A stretch of 64,000 nucleotides of DNA from Parcubacteria group bacterium (GTDB taxonomy: Bacteria > Patescibacteriota > Minisyncoccia > JACPHC01): NCBI GenBank assembly GCA_016188775.1, contig JACPHC010000007.1, positions 28,097 through 92,096 on the forward strand, written 5' to 3'. The notes under the pieces were generated by a model. The model was not told the origin of the DNA. It was given only the letters and a program-made list of their open reading frames with translations, and did no database searches. Shown here one piece after another: positions 49,690 through 58,091 of this stretch; positions within the stretch are counted from its first letter, which is position 1, and each line of letters opens with the position of its first letter. Position numbers and translations under genes: made by a program.

Positions 49690-51300
49690 CTAATTGGATT
49701 CGGATTTTTTCATTATTTTATAAACCGCGAAAAGAATTAAAGAAGCGATAATGACAGCGCCGGCGCCCAAAAGCGTTTTTAAATTTTCTTTTTGAATTAT
49801 TCCAGAGATACTTGCCGCGATTTGAGACTGAATGGGACTGTTTATTTCTGATTTTAAATCGGCAAGATTTATCGGCGCCGGAGATGATTTTTGAATTTGT
49901 TTTTCTAAAATTACCTTATTAACCGGCATTTTAACGCTGTTTTTATTTTCCGGTTCTTCGGCTGAATTAAAAATATTTTTCCCGCCGGGCGTCGAATTTT
50001 CCGTCCAGCTGAAAGTCCCGTCGGTTTTTCGTCCGGCTGAAAATCCTTCCAGGGCTTTGTCGTAGGCGATTTTATCGGCTATTTCGCCATTGGGATAAAT
50101 AAGATCAATTTCGCCGCCTTTATTATTTAGGGCTAATTTAGTCGTTGGTCGGGATAAAATAAGATAGCCTTTGCCTGAAATAAAAGTTTCTTCGTGAAAA
50201 ATAAAAGCTTTTGAACCGTCCGGCCCGTCGTCTAATTTCCATTGGCTTAAATTTATCAGCCGATTGTTATCATTAAAAATTTCTATCCATTCGGCCTCAA
50301 TGTCTTTGCCGATAGGCGATGGCATAAATTCGTTAATAAAAATGCCCGTTGGCAATATTTGGACGTTTAGCTGATCGGTTTTTGCGGCAACGCCGTCCGA
50401 GATGATTAAAGCGGCAATATAATCGCCTTCATATTTATAATTATGCTCGATTTTTATGCCTTCGCCGGTTTGGCCGTCTCCAAAATTCCATTTATAAGTC
50501 AGTTGAGAATTATTTGGATTTGAGGAATTTGAACCGTCAAAAATAACCGTTTGGCCGGCTTTAGCTTGAACATCTTTTCCGGCATCAGCGGTAAAAGATT
50601 CGGGCGAATTAATCGATTGCGTCTCGGGTGTTGGCAAAGAAGTTTGATTTGAAGAAGAAGTTTGAGTCGTTGTTGCATTGATTGAATTATCAGTTTGAAT
50701 TGTTTGAATCGTTAAAATAGAATTTTGCGATCTGGGAGTGCCGATAATTGGATTTCCAAGCGCGTCTTTTCCGTTAATGGTTATCTGATTATTTGTTTGC
50801 CACGATCCATCAGTTGCTTTTTCCATTGAAGCTTTTAAATCATTCTTTCCGGCTGGCCAGACGGACAAAGCGTCGATTTCATCAATAATATTTCCAGCGG
50901 CGTCTTTTAAAACAAGACGTTCTCCGGCATTGGCCAGCCCGTTTCCGTCGCCAAATGATCCAGAAACATCGGCCTTAATATCGGAAATCGTGCTGTCATC
51001 GGTGCGTTCAATTAAATAATAATTATTAGGAGAAATATTTCCGACCAAAGAAATAATTTTTGTATCTCCGCCGGCCTCGTAAAGAACCCAACCTTCTAAA
51101 TTTATCGTCTCGGAAGTCTTATTGAAAAGTTCAATCCATTCGTCCGAAAAGCTCGCCTTTGTTCCCATCCAGGCGACTTCATTTATAATGACGTCGCCGG
51201 TCGCGGTTCCGTAAGAAATTTTTGGGAAAAAAATAAAATAAAAAGAGATAAAAAATAAACCGGCGCCAGATAGTATAATTTTTAGCGATTTTCTTTTCAT
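49690..51300 (-). CDS. secreted surface protein with two lamin-tail (LTD) domains and a PKD domain, C-terminal transmembrane anchor
   Basis: Two VIINEVAW...EWIELFN LTD patterns; PKD WNFGDG...Y..G.Y. The start is chosen at MKRKSLKIIL (signal peptide); the listed ORF extends to 51381. Confidence 0.6.
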   Translation of the reverse strand: MKRKSLKIILSGAGLFFISFYFIFFPKISYGTATGDVIINEVAWMGTKASFSDEWIELFNKTSETINLEGWVLYEAGGDTKIISLVGNISPNNYYLIERTDDSTISDIKADVSGSFGDGNGLANAGERLVLKDAAGNIIDEIDALSVWPAGKNDLKASMEKATDGSWQTNNQITINGKDALGNPIIGTPRSQNSILTIQTIQTDNSINATTTQTSSSNQTSLPTPETQSINSPESFTADAGKDVQAKAGQTVIFDGSNSSNPNNSQLTYKWNFGDGQTGEGIKIEHNYKYEGDYIAALIISDGVAAKTDQLNVQILPTGIFINEFMPSPIGKDIEAEWIEIFNDNNRLINLSQWKLDDGPDGSKAFIFHEETFISGKGYLILSRPTTKLALNNKGGEIDLIYPNGEIADKIAYDKALEGFSAGRKTDGTFSWTENSTPGGKNIFNSAEEPENKNSVKMPVNKVILEKQIQKSSPAPINLADLKSEINSPIQSQIAASISGIIQKENLKTLLGAGAVIIASLILFAVYKIMKKSESN

Positions 51301-51392
51301 ACGCGTCAATATAAATATCAAACTAAATTTAGTCAAGACAAATTTAACAAACAGAAAATAAAGCGTTAGATTAATTTTCATTATTCATCGGA

Positions 51393-51461
51393 AGGTTTCA
51401 AAATCAATTATAGCATTTTCTTTCATACTACGTAGTATGAAAGAAAATGCTATAATTGATT
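51393..51461. repeat. 60-bp perfect palindromic element with an outer GGTTTCAAAATCAA arm (left terminal-inverted-repeat-like copy)
   Basis: aatcaattatagcattttctttcatactacgtagtatgaaagaaaatgctataattgatt. An inverted copy lies at 63336..63390 and a degenerate copy at 62697..62730. Confidence 0.65.
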
Positions 51462-51699
51462 TTTTTATCTTCTTAAAAGATTTTCTAATTATTTAAAGAG
51501 TTGATTTTTTTCTCATGCTTTTTTAAAAATAGCCTAGTTTGTTGACTTATTGATTTATATATTTATACTGAATTTTAATGAATCCCGCACGGAGCCGCGA
51601 TCGCTTCTTCTTGGGATACGCATAAATATTATAAATTAGAAATTATAAAAATTAATACAAGCGGATTGCGTCTTTTGATCGCGATTTGCTTCGTACGGG

Positions 51700-52320
51700 A
51701 TGAACCAGTTTTCCGAAAAAAATCTTAAATTAGCTATTGCTCTCCATCGTTTAACGACCTTTTTCCCCGAAGAAGAGATTCTGAAAAACCAGCTTCAAGA
51801 AAAAGCCAATGAAATATTTACTAATTCTTATTTGTTGGAAGAAGATGGCTTGAATCTGCCTGACGATAAGAGAATTGATGTTAAATATAATTTATTGGCC
51901 AGCCTTCGTTTAATGAACGGTTTTTTGCTTTTAGCCAAAAATTTGGATTTCCCCAAAAAAGAAAGCCTGGAAATATTGGAAAATGAATATCAGAAAATTT
52001 TCGAACAATTAAAGTATAAATTTGAAGAAAAAATTAACCATTTTGAAAGAGAAATTGATAGCGTTGAAAAAGAAAAGGAGCCGATTTTATCCCAGCTTTC
52101 TTCCCGACAATTAAGAATTATCAAAGAGATTAAGAAAAACAAAGAAATGCGAGTGGGGGATTTGGCCCATACTTTTGGAAACCGGTTTTCTCCCAAAACA
52201 TTTCAGCGGGAACTTCAAGAATTAATGGCTAGAGGATTAATTGAAAGAACCGGAGATTATAAAAACACTTATTATGTTTTATCCCGAGGGCTTGAAAAAG
52301 TTATAAACCCCGTTCATTAA
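51700..52320 (+). CDS. DNA-binding protein with a C-terminal winged helix-turn-helix (possible regulator or replication-initiator-like protein)
   Basis: C-terminal LSSRQLRIIKEIKKNKEMRVGDLAHTFG...ELMARGLIERTGDYKNTYYVL wHTH pattern, followed directly by a repeat array. Confidence 0.45.
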   Translation: MNQFSEKNLKLAIALHRLTTFFPEEEILKNQLQEKANEIFTNSYLLEEDGLNLPDDKRIDVKYNLLASLRLMNGFLLLAKNLDFPKKESLEILENEYQKIFEQLKYKFEEKINHFEREIDSVEKEKEPILSQLSSRQLRIIKEIKKNKEMRVGDLAHTFGNRFSPKTFQRELQELMARGLIERTGDYKNTYYVLSRGLEKVINPVH

Positions 52321-52331
52321 TCAGTAATTTT

Positions 52332-52503
52332 ACGGGACAATTCGGGACATTAATCGGACAATTTATCGGACAAAATATTGTGAAAGAAAATATTTATATT
52401 TGTCCGATAAAATTTATCGCTTTACTCAGATTTTAATTCAAAAATTTTTCAATTTTGTATATTAACAATTTATCAGACAATTTAAGACATTTGTCTGATA
52501 AAT
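52332..52503. promoter_or_regulatory. iteron/operator-like array: at least seven copies of ATC(G/A)GACAA in direct and inverted orientation, including four direct repeats phased at 10-12 bp
   Basis: Direct copies at 52332, 52342, 52353, 52365 and 52471; inverted copies at 52400 and 52491. They form two palindromes, TTATCGGACAA-N27-TTGTCCGATAA and TTATCAGACAA-N11-TTGTCTGATAA. Confidence 0.55.
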
Positions 52504-52554
52504 CGAGTTAAACTTTAATAATATACTTCATTACTCCTAAGCAAAACATTTTAC

Positions 52555-52866
52555 TTGTCGTTGCGAGAAGGTATAAACCGACCCATTTGTCATCGCGAGG
52601 CGATAAAATCGCCGAAGCAATCTTTCAATGGTTATGAACTAAAAGCATTATTATATATACAATATACATACACATTAAAATATAACATTATAAAACTCGT
52701 TTATTACGAAACTTTTGACAGTCCGGAGGTAGCTATTCAAAGAAAAAAACAAACTAAAGGCGGTTCCCGTAAAAAGAAAATATATTTAATAAAAAGCATC
52801 AACCCTGAATTTAAAGATTTGAGTGATTCTCTTTGAGATTGCTTCGCCTTCGGCTCGCAATGACAA
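52555..52866 (+). pseudogene. decayed GIY-YIG nuclease gene bracketed by the GTCATYGCGAG / GAAGCAATCT inverted repeats
   Basis: Retains the C-terminal ...KLVYYETFDSPEVAIQRKKQTKGGSRKKKIYLIKSINPEFKDL of small GIY-YIG proteins; the N-terminal GIY/YIG region is shortened and degenerate (LLYIQYT). Inverted repeats lie at 52588..52622 and 52835..52866. Confidence 0.5.
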
Positions 52867-52927
52867 ATTAAAGTAAGATAATGTTCGCTTATCGGAAAAA
52901 TAACATTACAATTAAATGATATTTTCT

Positions 52928-53000
52928 GTCGTCATTGCGAGGCGATGAAATCGCCGAAGCAATCTCTCAATGACAAAGCAAATTCGGCTCGCAATGACAA
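52928..53000. repeat. further copy of the GTCATTGCGAG...GAAGCAATC / CTCGCAATGAC miniature element
   Basis: gtcattgcgaggcgatgaaatcgccgaagcaatctctcaatgacaaagcaaattcggctcgcaatgac. Confidence 0.6.
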
Positions 53001-53586
53001 GGAGTGGCAGAATTGACATTTTTTGAATTTTAAAATAGAGTGTTTTTCGATTATTGTTTGTTCATTGTTTGACATTGAAAAATTTGTTATTATTAGTTTA
53101 TCAGGCTTTAAAAAAAGTTATCCACAGTTGTAGGCTTGCAGTGAAAAATAGAAGTCGCTATAATAATAAAGAAATGAATTTTAGTCGGCATTTTCTACGA
53201 TGATTAAGCCTTTTTGGCTTATTTTGACATTATAAATTTGAAAGCTTTGCCGGATATTGTTAAAATAAAATTAGCTTGCAATTCGCGAGTTATAATTTAT
53301 AAATTGTAATCCGCGAATTGCAAGTCCGGATCCTTGAAAATTAAATATGAAACAGTATGGTTGAGAGATAAAAGTATTATTAGTATTCTTAAATTTTTTT
53401 CTGTTTGTTAGCTTCGTGGTCGATGAAATTGGAAATCAAAAAAAGTCGAATTTTTTTGATTCAATAATTTCAGCTCTCTCTAAAAATTTGACATTATAAA
53501 TTAGAAAAATAAAATTGACAGGCTTAAGAAGATTGTCGGTTTTCTTAGCCTTGAAAAATTAATTAAAATTAAATCAAAATTAAATT

Positions 53587-56500
53587 ATGGAAAGTATATT
53601 AAGTTCCAGAATGAAAAAAGGGATTTCAAAAATCTCTTCAATCGTTCTGACTTTGACTACTACCATTTGGCTGTCGGGCCTTGCTGCCTTGATGCCAGTG
53701 GCCGTAGTTCACGCGGTTCATACTCCCGCCACCGAAAGTTTCACCTTCAAGAAAACGCTTAAATTCGGTTCGCGGGGCACTGATGTAACCGAACTCCAGC
53801 AAATCCTGATTGACGAAGGATTTCTGGATATAGACGAGCCAACTGGATATTATGGAAGTTTAACAAGAACGGCAGTTATGGATTTACAGGAAGAAAATGA
53901 TTTGCCGAGAGTTGGCGTAGTTGGTCCGTTAACTCGCGCGATATTAAATGATGTTCTTGAAGGAGGAACGGCCACTCCGGCTCCGGCTCCAACTCCGACT
54001 CCGACTCCGACCGCGACAGTTCTCGGAGTAAAAGTAGCTTCAGACACTCCGGCAGCCGGACCGGTGGCTAAAAACTCGCAAGATGTTTCAATGACAAAAT
54101 TAGATTTCACCGCGGGTGATTCAGATGTCACTATTTCATCTTTGAAGGTGACTCGAAGCGGTCTTTCCGCCGACTCAGATGTTTCTAACGTCAAATTATG
54201 GTGGAAAGGCGTTCAAATTGGTTCAACTCAAGCTCTTTCAACCACTACTCACACAGCGACCTTTACCGGTCTTAATGTGGTAGTCGCGAAAAACACGACT
54301 GAATCAATTTTGATCAGCGCTACTATAGCGGCTAGCCCGACCGTTGGCGACACTATTGTTCTTGGTATTGCCGCTCAAGGCGATATCACTTCAACGGTAG
54401 CGTTTTCAGGCACTTATCCTTTAAATGGTAATGCTAAAACAACTGCCGGCATTTCCGTCGGTCAGCTCGATGTTGATAAACAAACAACTCCGGCCGCGGC
54501 CACTATTCTTTCCGGCGCTACCGATCAGTCTATTGCGGCTTGGAAATTCGCGGCCAATGCCACTGAAGGATTTAAGGTTCAGAAAGTCAAAATTACCAAT
54601 ACCGGTTCAGCGGTTCCTGCTGATGTTTCTAATTTGAAACTGAAAATCGGCGCTGACGTGGTCAGTCCGACCGTTACCGCTTTAGGAGCGGATCAGACAG
54701 TCACCTTTGATCTTTCCGCCAGTCCGATTGCTATTACCGCCGGCACCAATAAGATTATCACCGCTTACGCTGATGTCGCGGCTGGAATCAATTCCGCCCG
54801 GACCATTATTTTTGAGATTACCAATGTCCAAGATGTGATGGCCACTGGCGATAATTCCGGCGGAGGCGTCACTATTACTCAATCAAGCGGCACCGCTTAT
54901 GTTAAACAGACCGGCGCTACTATGACTATTGGCCAGGGCACTTTAACTGTTGCTTTGGATACGGCGGTTAATCCGTCAAATAAGACTTATGTTAAGGGGA
55001 CCCCGGGCCGTCTTTTTTCCGCCTTTAAATTCTCAGCTGGTTCTACTGAAGGCGCTCGGATAACGGAAATTACCTTGACTCGGGTCGGCTCCGGCACAGC
55101 CACTGACCTTTCTAATATCACTTTGGTCAATAACGCCACTAACGCGGTTATTGCCACTGGCGGCAGTATTACCGGCAGCACGGTTAAATTCGGTCTTAAC
55201 ACTATTGGCTATGACGCCACTGGTTTGTTTGATGTGCCTGTTTCCGGCAATGTGACAGTTTTAGTTAAAGCTGACATTGCTTCAGGCGCGACTGCCACCG
55301 CGGTTGATAGTTTGGAGATTGCCGCTAATACCGATATTAAAGCTGATGGTCTGACTTCTAAATATGATATTGCCTCAGGCAGTATTACTGATAGCACTGG
55401 TTCGGGCAGTGAGGCCGACCATACCATTGGCGCTAAAGGCGACTTAACCGCCACTTTGTCAGCCAATGCTCCAGCCGCGGCTAATATCGTTAAAGGCGCG
55501 ACTGGTCTTAAATACGCCACCTTTACTCTAACGGCTGGCGATGGCGAAGATGTGGTTGTTTCCGGCTTGACTTTGACTCTTCAGAAATCAACTGGCACAG
55601 CCGCGGGTTCAGGCGACTTTACTAATGTTAAAGTTGTTAGAAGCGATAATAACGTTCAATACGGTTCAACTGTGGCTTCTCCGACCAGTTCCGCTTCATT
55701 CTCCGGTAATTTAGTGATTCCGGCCGGCACAGCCATTGATCTTCAAGTCTACTCCGATGTCCCGACTGGTTCCGCTTCTACCACCAGCCGCGTCACTATA
55801 AACGCCGCGGGCGATTTGACCTTGACCGGTTCTTCATCCAGCGCTTCAATTACCGCTGGCGGCACATACGCGATTAACGCTAACACAATGACTGTTGCTT
55901 CTGGCACGATTGTTCACGCTATGTTGGCTACTCCTCCGGCTTCCAGTTACGTAATCAATGCCGCCGGAGTAACTCTGGCTAAATTATCCTTGACTGCTGG
56001 CACGGCCGAAGATGTTAAAGTGACTACTATCAAGCTGACGGCCGCGACTTCCGGCGATACCGGATTTGTCGGCGCCAGTACTGCTCAGACTGATTTTGCC
56101 GATCTTAAGCTGGTTGACGATTCAGCCGGTACTAATATCTCTATCAGTCCGTCTGTCTTTACCGACGGCACTCCCGACACTATTACTTACACCGGTCTTG
56201 AATACACAGTGCCTAAAGGCATTCAGAAGATTATTCGAGTCGTTGGCACTGTTAAAGCCTCAACCGGAGTCTATATTATCGGTGTTAAAGCGAATGGCGA
56301 TGTTGTTGGTTCAGGTCTAACTTCCGGCGCTTCTATCAGCTCAACCGGCGGCACAGTTGCTTCTAAGAATATTACTATGACAACTGCCGGCTCTCTGGCT
56401 GTGGCTGATGGCGGCTCTCCGGTTAAAACTATTGTCGCTGTTGGAACTAGCGGCAAAACAGGCGTTGACTTTGCCAGAGTTAAGCTGACCGCCACTAATG

Positions 56501-57399
56501 AGGATATTAAGATTTCCAAGATTGTTATTACCAGATCTGGCGGCGCTAATGGAGATTTCTCCGCTGTTAAACTCTATGACACCACTACCAGTTCTACGGG
56601 TACGCAGATTGGTTCAACTATAAATTTTGTCGGCACTGCCACTACTGTTGATTTTAACTTCAATCCCGGATCTGAATTCGTTGTTACTAAAGACACGGAT
56701 AAATATATTACCGTCAGAGCCGATCTTAACGGCACTTCTACCGGTGCGGCTTCCAATGATCAGCCAATCTTGTCGCTTGCCGCTACCACTGACATCACTG
56801 CCACTGGTGTTGCTTCCGGATCGTCTTCAATCACTATTACCGGCACAGTCACCGGCAACGCTCAAGCCTTAGTCAAGGCTAAGCCGATTATTGAAAAAGT
56901 GGCCTTGTCAACTCTTGATATTACTCCGGGCGTTATGACTGTGTTTAAGCTCAAGATTACGGCTGATGGTGGCGATGTTAAATTCTTAAGTTCGACTGCT
57001 TCCAATAATATGAAATTTACCATCGCGCAGGCTGGAGGCACGACAACAACGAGAAATATCAAGATTGTCTTATCAACCGCTCCGGGCACTGTTTATGATC
57101 AAAACGCTAACAGCGCTACAACTGGAGCGGGCAACATTGATTTCACAACCGCTGGCACGGCCAACTTCGGATTTGAAGAAAATGAATTGACTGTTTTCTC
57201 CGGTACGCCGGTTACTCTTGATGTTCAGGCTGACTTGACCGATTACGCCACAGCCGGTGAATCATTCAGGCTTGATATAAATAATGCCAACACTGATCTT
57301 AGTTACAATGACGGAAGCGCGACAACCTCTGATATCAATTTGACAAGTTTCCTTGGTTATGGATTGCCAATTACCGGCGATACTGTGACTAAGAAATAA
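53587..57399 (+). CDS. giant (1270-aa) surface protein: signal/anchor, peptidoglycan-binding domain, TP-rich linker, at least 10 tandem Ig-like repeats of about 95 aa
   Basis: PG_binding_1 pattern (TELQQILIDEGFL...GYYGSLTRTAVMDLQ), linker PAPAPTPTPTPT, then repeated ...LTATLSANAPAAANIVKGATGLKYATFTLTAG...V..L.L type units. GC content is higher than the flanks. Confidence 0.65.
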   Translation: MESILSSRMKKGISKISSIVLTLTTTIWLSGLAALMPVAVVHAVHTPATESFTFKKTLKFGSRGTDVTELQQILIDEGFLDIDEPTGYYGSLTRTAVMDLQEENDLPRVGVVGPLTRAILNDVLEGGTATPAPAPTPTPTPTATVLGVKVASDTPAAGPVAKNSQDVSMTKLDFTAGDSDVTISSLKVTRSGLSADSDVSNVKLWWKGVQIGSTQALSTTTHTATFTGLNVVVAKNTTESILISATIAASPTVGDTIVLGIAAQGDITSTVAFSGTYPLNGNAKTTAGISVGQLDVDKQTTPAAATILSGATDQSIAAWKFAANATEGFKVQKVKITNTGSAVPADVSNLKLKIGADVVSPTVTALGADQTVTFDLSASPIAITAGTNKIITAYADVAAGINSARTIIFEITNVQDVMATGDNSGGGVTITQSSGTAYVKQTGATMTIGQGTLTVALDTAVNPSNKTYVKGTPGRLFSAFKFSAGSTEGARITEITLTRVGSGTATDLSNITLVNNATNAVIATGGSITGSTVKFGLNTIGYDATGLFDVPVSGNVTVLVKADIASGATATAVDSLEIAANTDIKADGLTSKYDIASGSITDSTGSGSEADHTIGAKGDLTATLSANAPAAANIVKGATGLKYATFTLTAGDGEDVVVSGLTLTLQKSTGTAAGSGDFTNVKVVRSDNNVQYGSTVASPTSSASFSGNLVIPAGTAIDLQVYSDVPTGSASTTSRVTINAAGDLTLTGSSSSASITAGGTYAINANTMTVASGTIVHAMLATPPASSYVINAAGVTLAKLSLTAGTAEDVKVTTIKLTAATSGDTGFVGASTAQTDFADLKLVDDSAGTNISISPSVFTDGTPDTITYTGLEYTVPKGIQKIIRVVGTVKASTGVYIIGVKANGDVVGSGLTSGASISSTGGTVASKNITMTTAGSLAVADGGSPVKTIVAVGTSGKTGVDFARVKLTATNEDIKISKIVITRSGGANGDFSAVKLYDTTTSSTGTQIGSTINFVGTATTVDFNFNPGSEFVVTKDTDKYITVRADLNGTSTGAASNDQPILSLAATTDITATGVASGSSSITITGTVTGNAQALVKAKPIIEKVALSTLDITPGVMTVFKLKITADGGDVKFLSSTASNNMKFTIAQAGGTTTTRNIKIVLSTAPGTVYDQNANSATTGAGNIDFTTAGTANFGFEENELTVFSGTPVTLDVQADLTDYATAGESFRLDINNANTDLSYNDGSATTSDINLTSFLGYGLPITGDTVTKK

Positions 57400-57454
57400 C
57401 TTGCTTGACTTAAAAATCTAGTTTCTTTGCCTAGTTTTTAAGCCTGATTTCTTC

Positions 57455-57522
57455 CCTTGATGGTTTAAACCTCAAGGGAGGATAATCAAAAGCCCTTGTT
57501 TTAACAAGGGCTTTTGATTATC
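57455..57522 (+). terminator. tandem rho-independent terminator hairpins after the giant gene
   Basis: ccttga..tcaagg stem, then aaaagcccttgtt/aacaagggctttt as a perfect 13-bp stem. Confidence 0.55.
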
Positions 57523-57607
57523 CAGATTTAAATTATTTTAAATTTTAATTCTAAATTCACGCTTCTACGGACGATCGTCGCTAAATGTGTAAATTTTTTA
57601 GAGTTTA

Positions 57608-57637
57608 TTGACTTTAAACTTTCTACTTTGCTACAAT
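57608..57637 (+). promoter_or_regulatory. candidate sigma70 promoter for hicB (TTGACT-18-TACAAT)
   Basis: Read directly from the sequence; 9 nt upstream of the hicB ATG. Confidence 0.35.
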
Positions 57638-57645
57638 TAATTTAA

Positions 57646-57864
57646 ATGAAAAAAACATCTTTAACTAACATAGTTTGGAAAGAAGGTAAATATTATGTTG
57701 CCCAATGTCTTAACGTTGACGTGTCAAGTTTTGGCAGAACAAAAGCCGAAGCTTTAAAAAATCTTGAAGAAGCGCTTGAACTTTATTTTGAAGATTTTTC
57801 CATTTCTAAAATTATTCGCGTAGAAAAGCCGGTTTTTGTTGAATTGTCTTTTTCAAATGCCTAA
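57646..57864 (+). CDS. hicB: HicB-family antitoxin
   Basis: GKYYVAQCLNVDVSSFGRTKAEALKNLEEALELYFE matches the HicB/UPF0150 N-domain pattern. Confidence 0.6.
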   Translation: MKKTSLTNIVWKEGKYYVAQCLNVDVSSFGRTKAEALKNLEEALELYFEDFSISKIIRVEKPVFVELSFSNA

Positions 57865-57967
57865 GTTTTATTCTTCTCGATACATCATTAAAGTCCTGGA
57901 AAAACAGGGCTTTATTTTTATTATGTATCCGCCGAATACCCCATCTCCCATAAGGAGACGGGATTGA
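57857..57967 (+). pseudogene. hicA: truncated hicA toxin gene (only about 22 native codons) interrupted by the GC-hairpin repeat element
   Basis: MPKFYSSRYIIKVLEKQGFIFI matches the HicA N-terminus (..KVLEK.GF..). The frame then runs into repeat sequence (MYPPNTPSPIRRRD*). Its start overlaps the hicB stop. Confidence 0.5.
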
Positions 57968-58080
57968 GGCGGCGAGCGAAGCGAGTCTGAATCGAGCGAG
58001 GCAAGTTGGTCGAGCCGAGCGAGAACTTTTCATAACAAAGCATTATCACAATGCCGCGCCGCAAGCGGCGCGGATGCTTT
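57917..58080 (-). repeat. full-length copy D of the GC-hairpin repeat family (reverse orientation), inserted into hicA
   Basis: Its reverse complement matches 19515..19695 except for a 24-nt indel. The listed ORF 57812..58033 (MKSSRSA...) is its translation. Confidence 0.6.
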
Positions 58081-58091
58081 ATTTCTCAAAC

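Noticed and set aside
53119-53127. DnaA-box 9-mers TTATCCACA (53119, 62430; reverse complement at 23011 and inside the slt gene at 45162) as a possible oriC
   Set aside because: These are four isolated boxes over 64 kb, not clustered, with no dnaA / dnaN nearby. In AT-rich DNA this is close to the chance expectation.
57609-57645. Treating hicB as part of an intact hicBA toxin-antitoxin module
   Set aside because: The hicA reading frame is broken by the repeat insertion after about 22 codons, so only an orphan antitoxin can be claimed.
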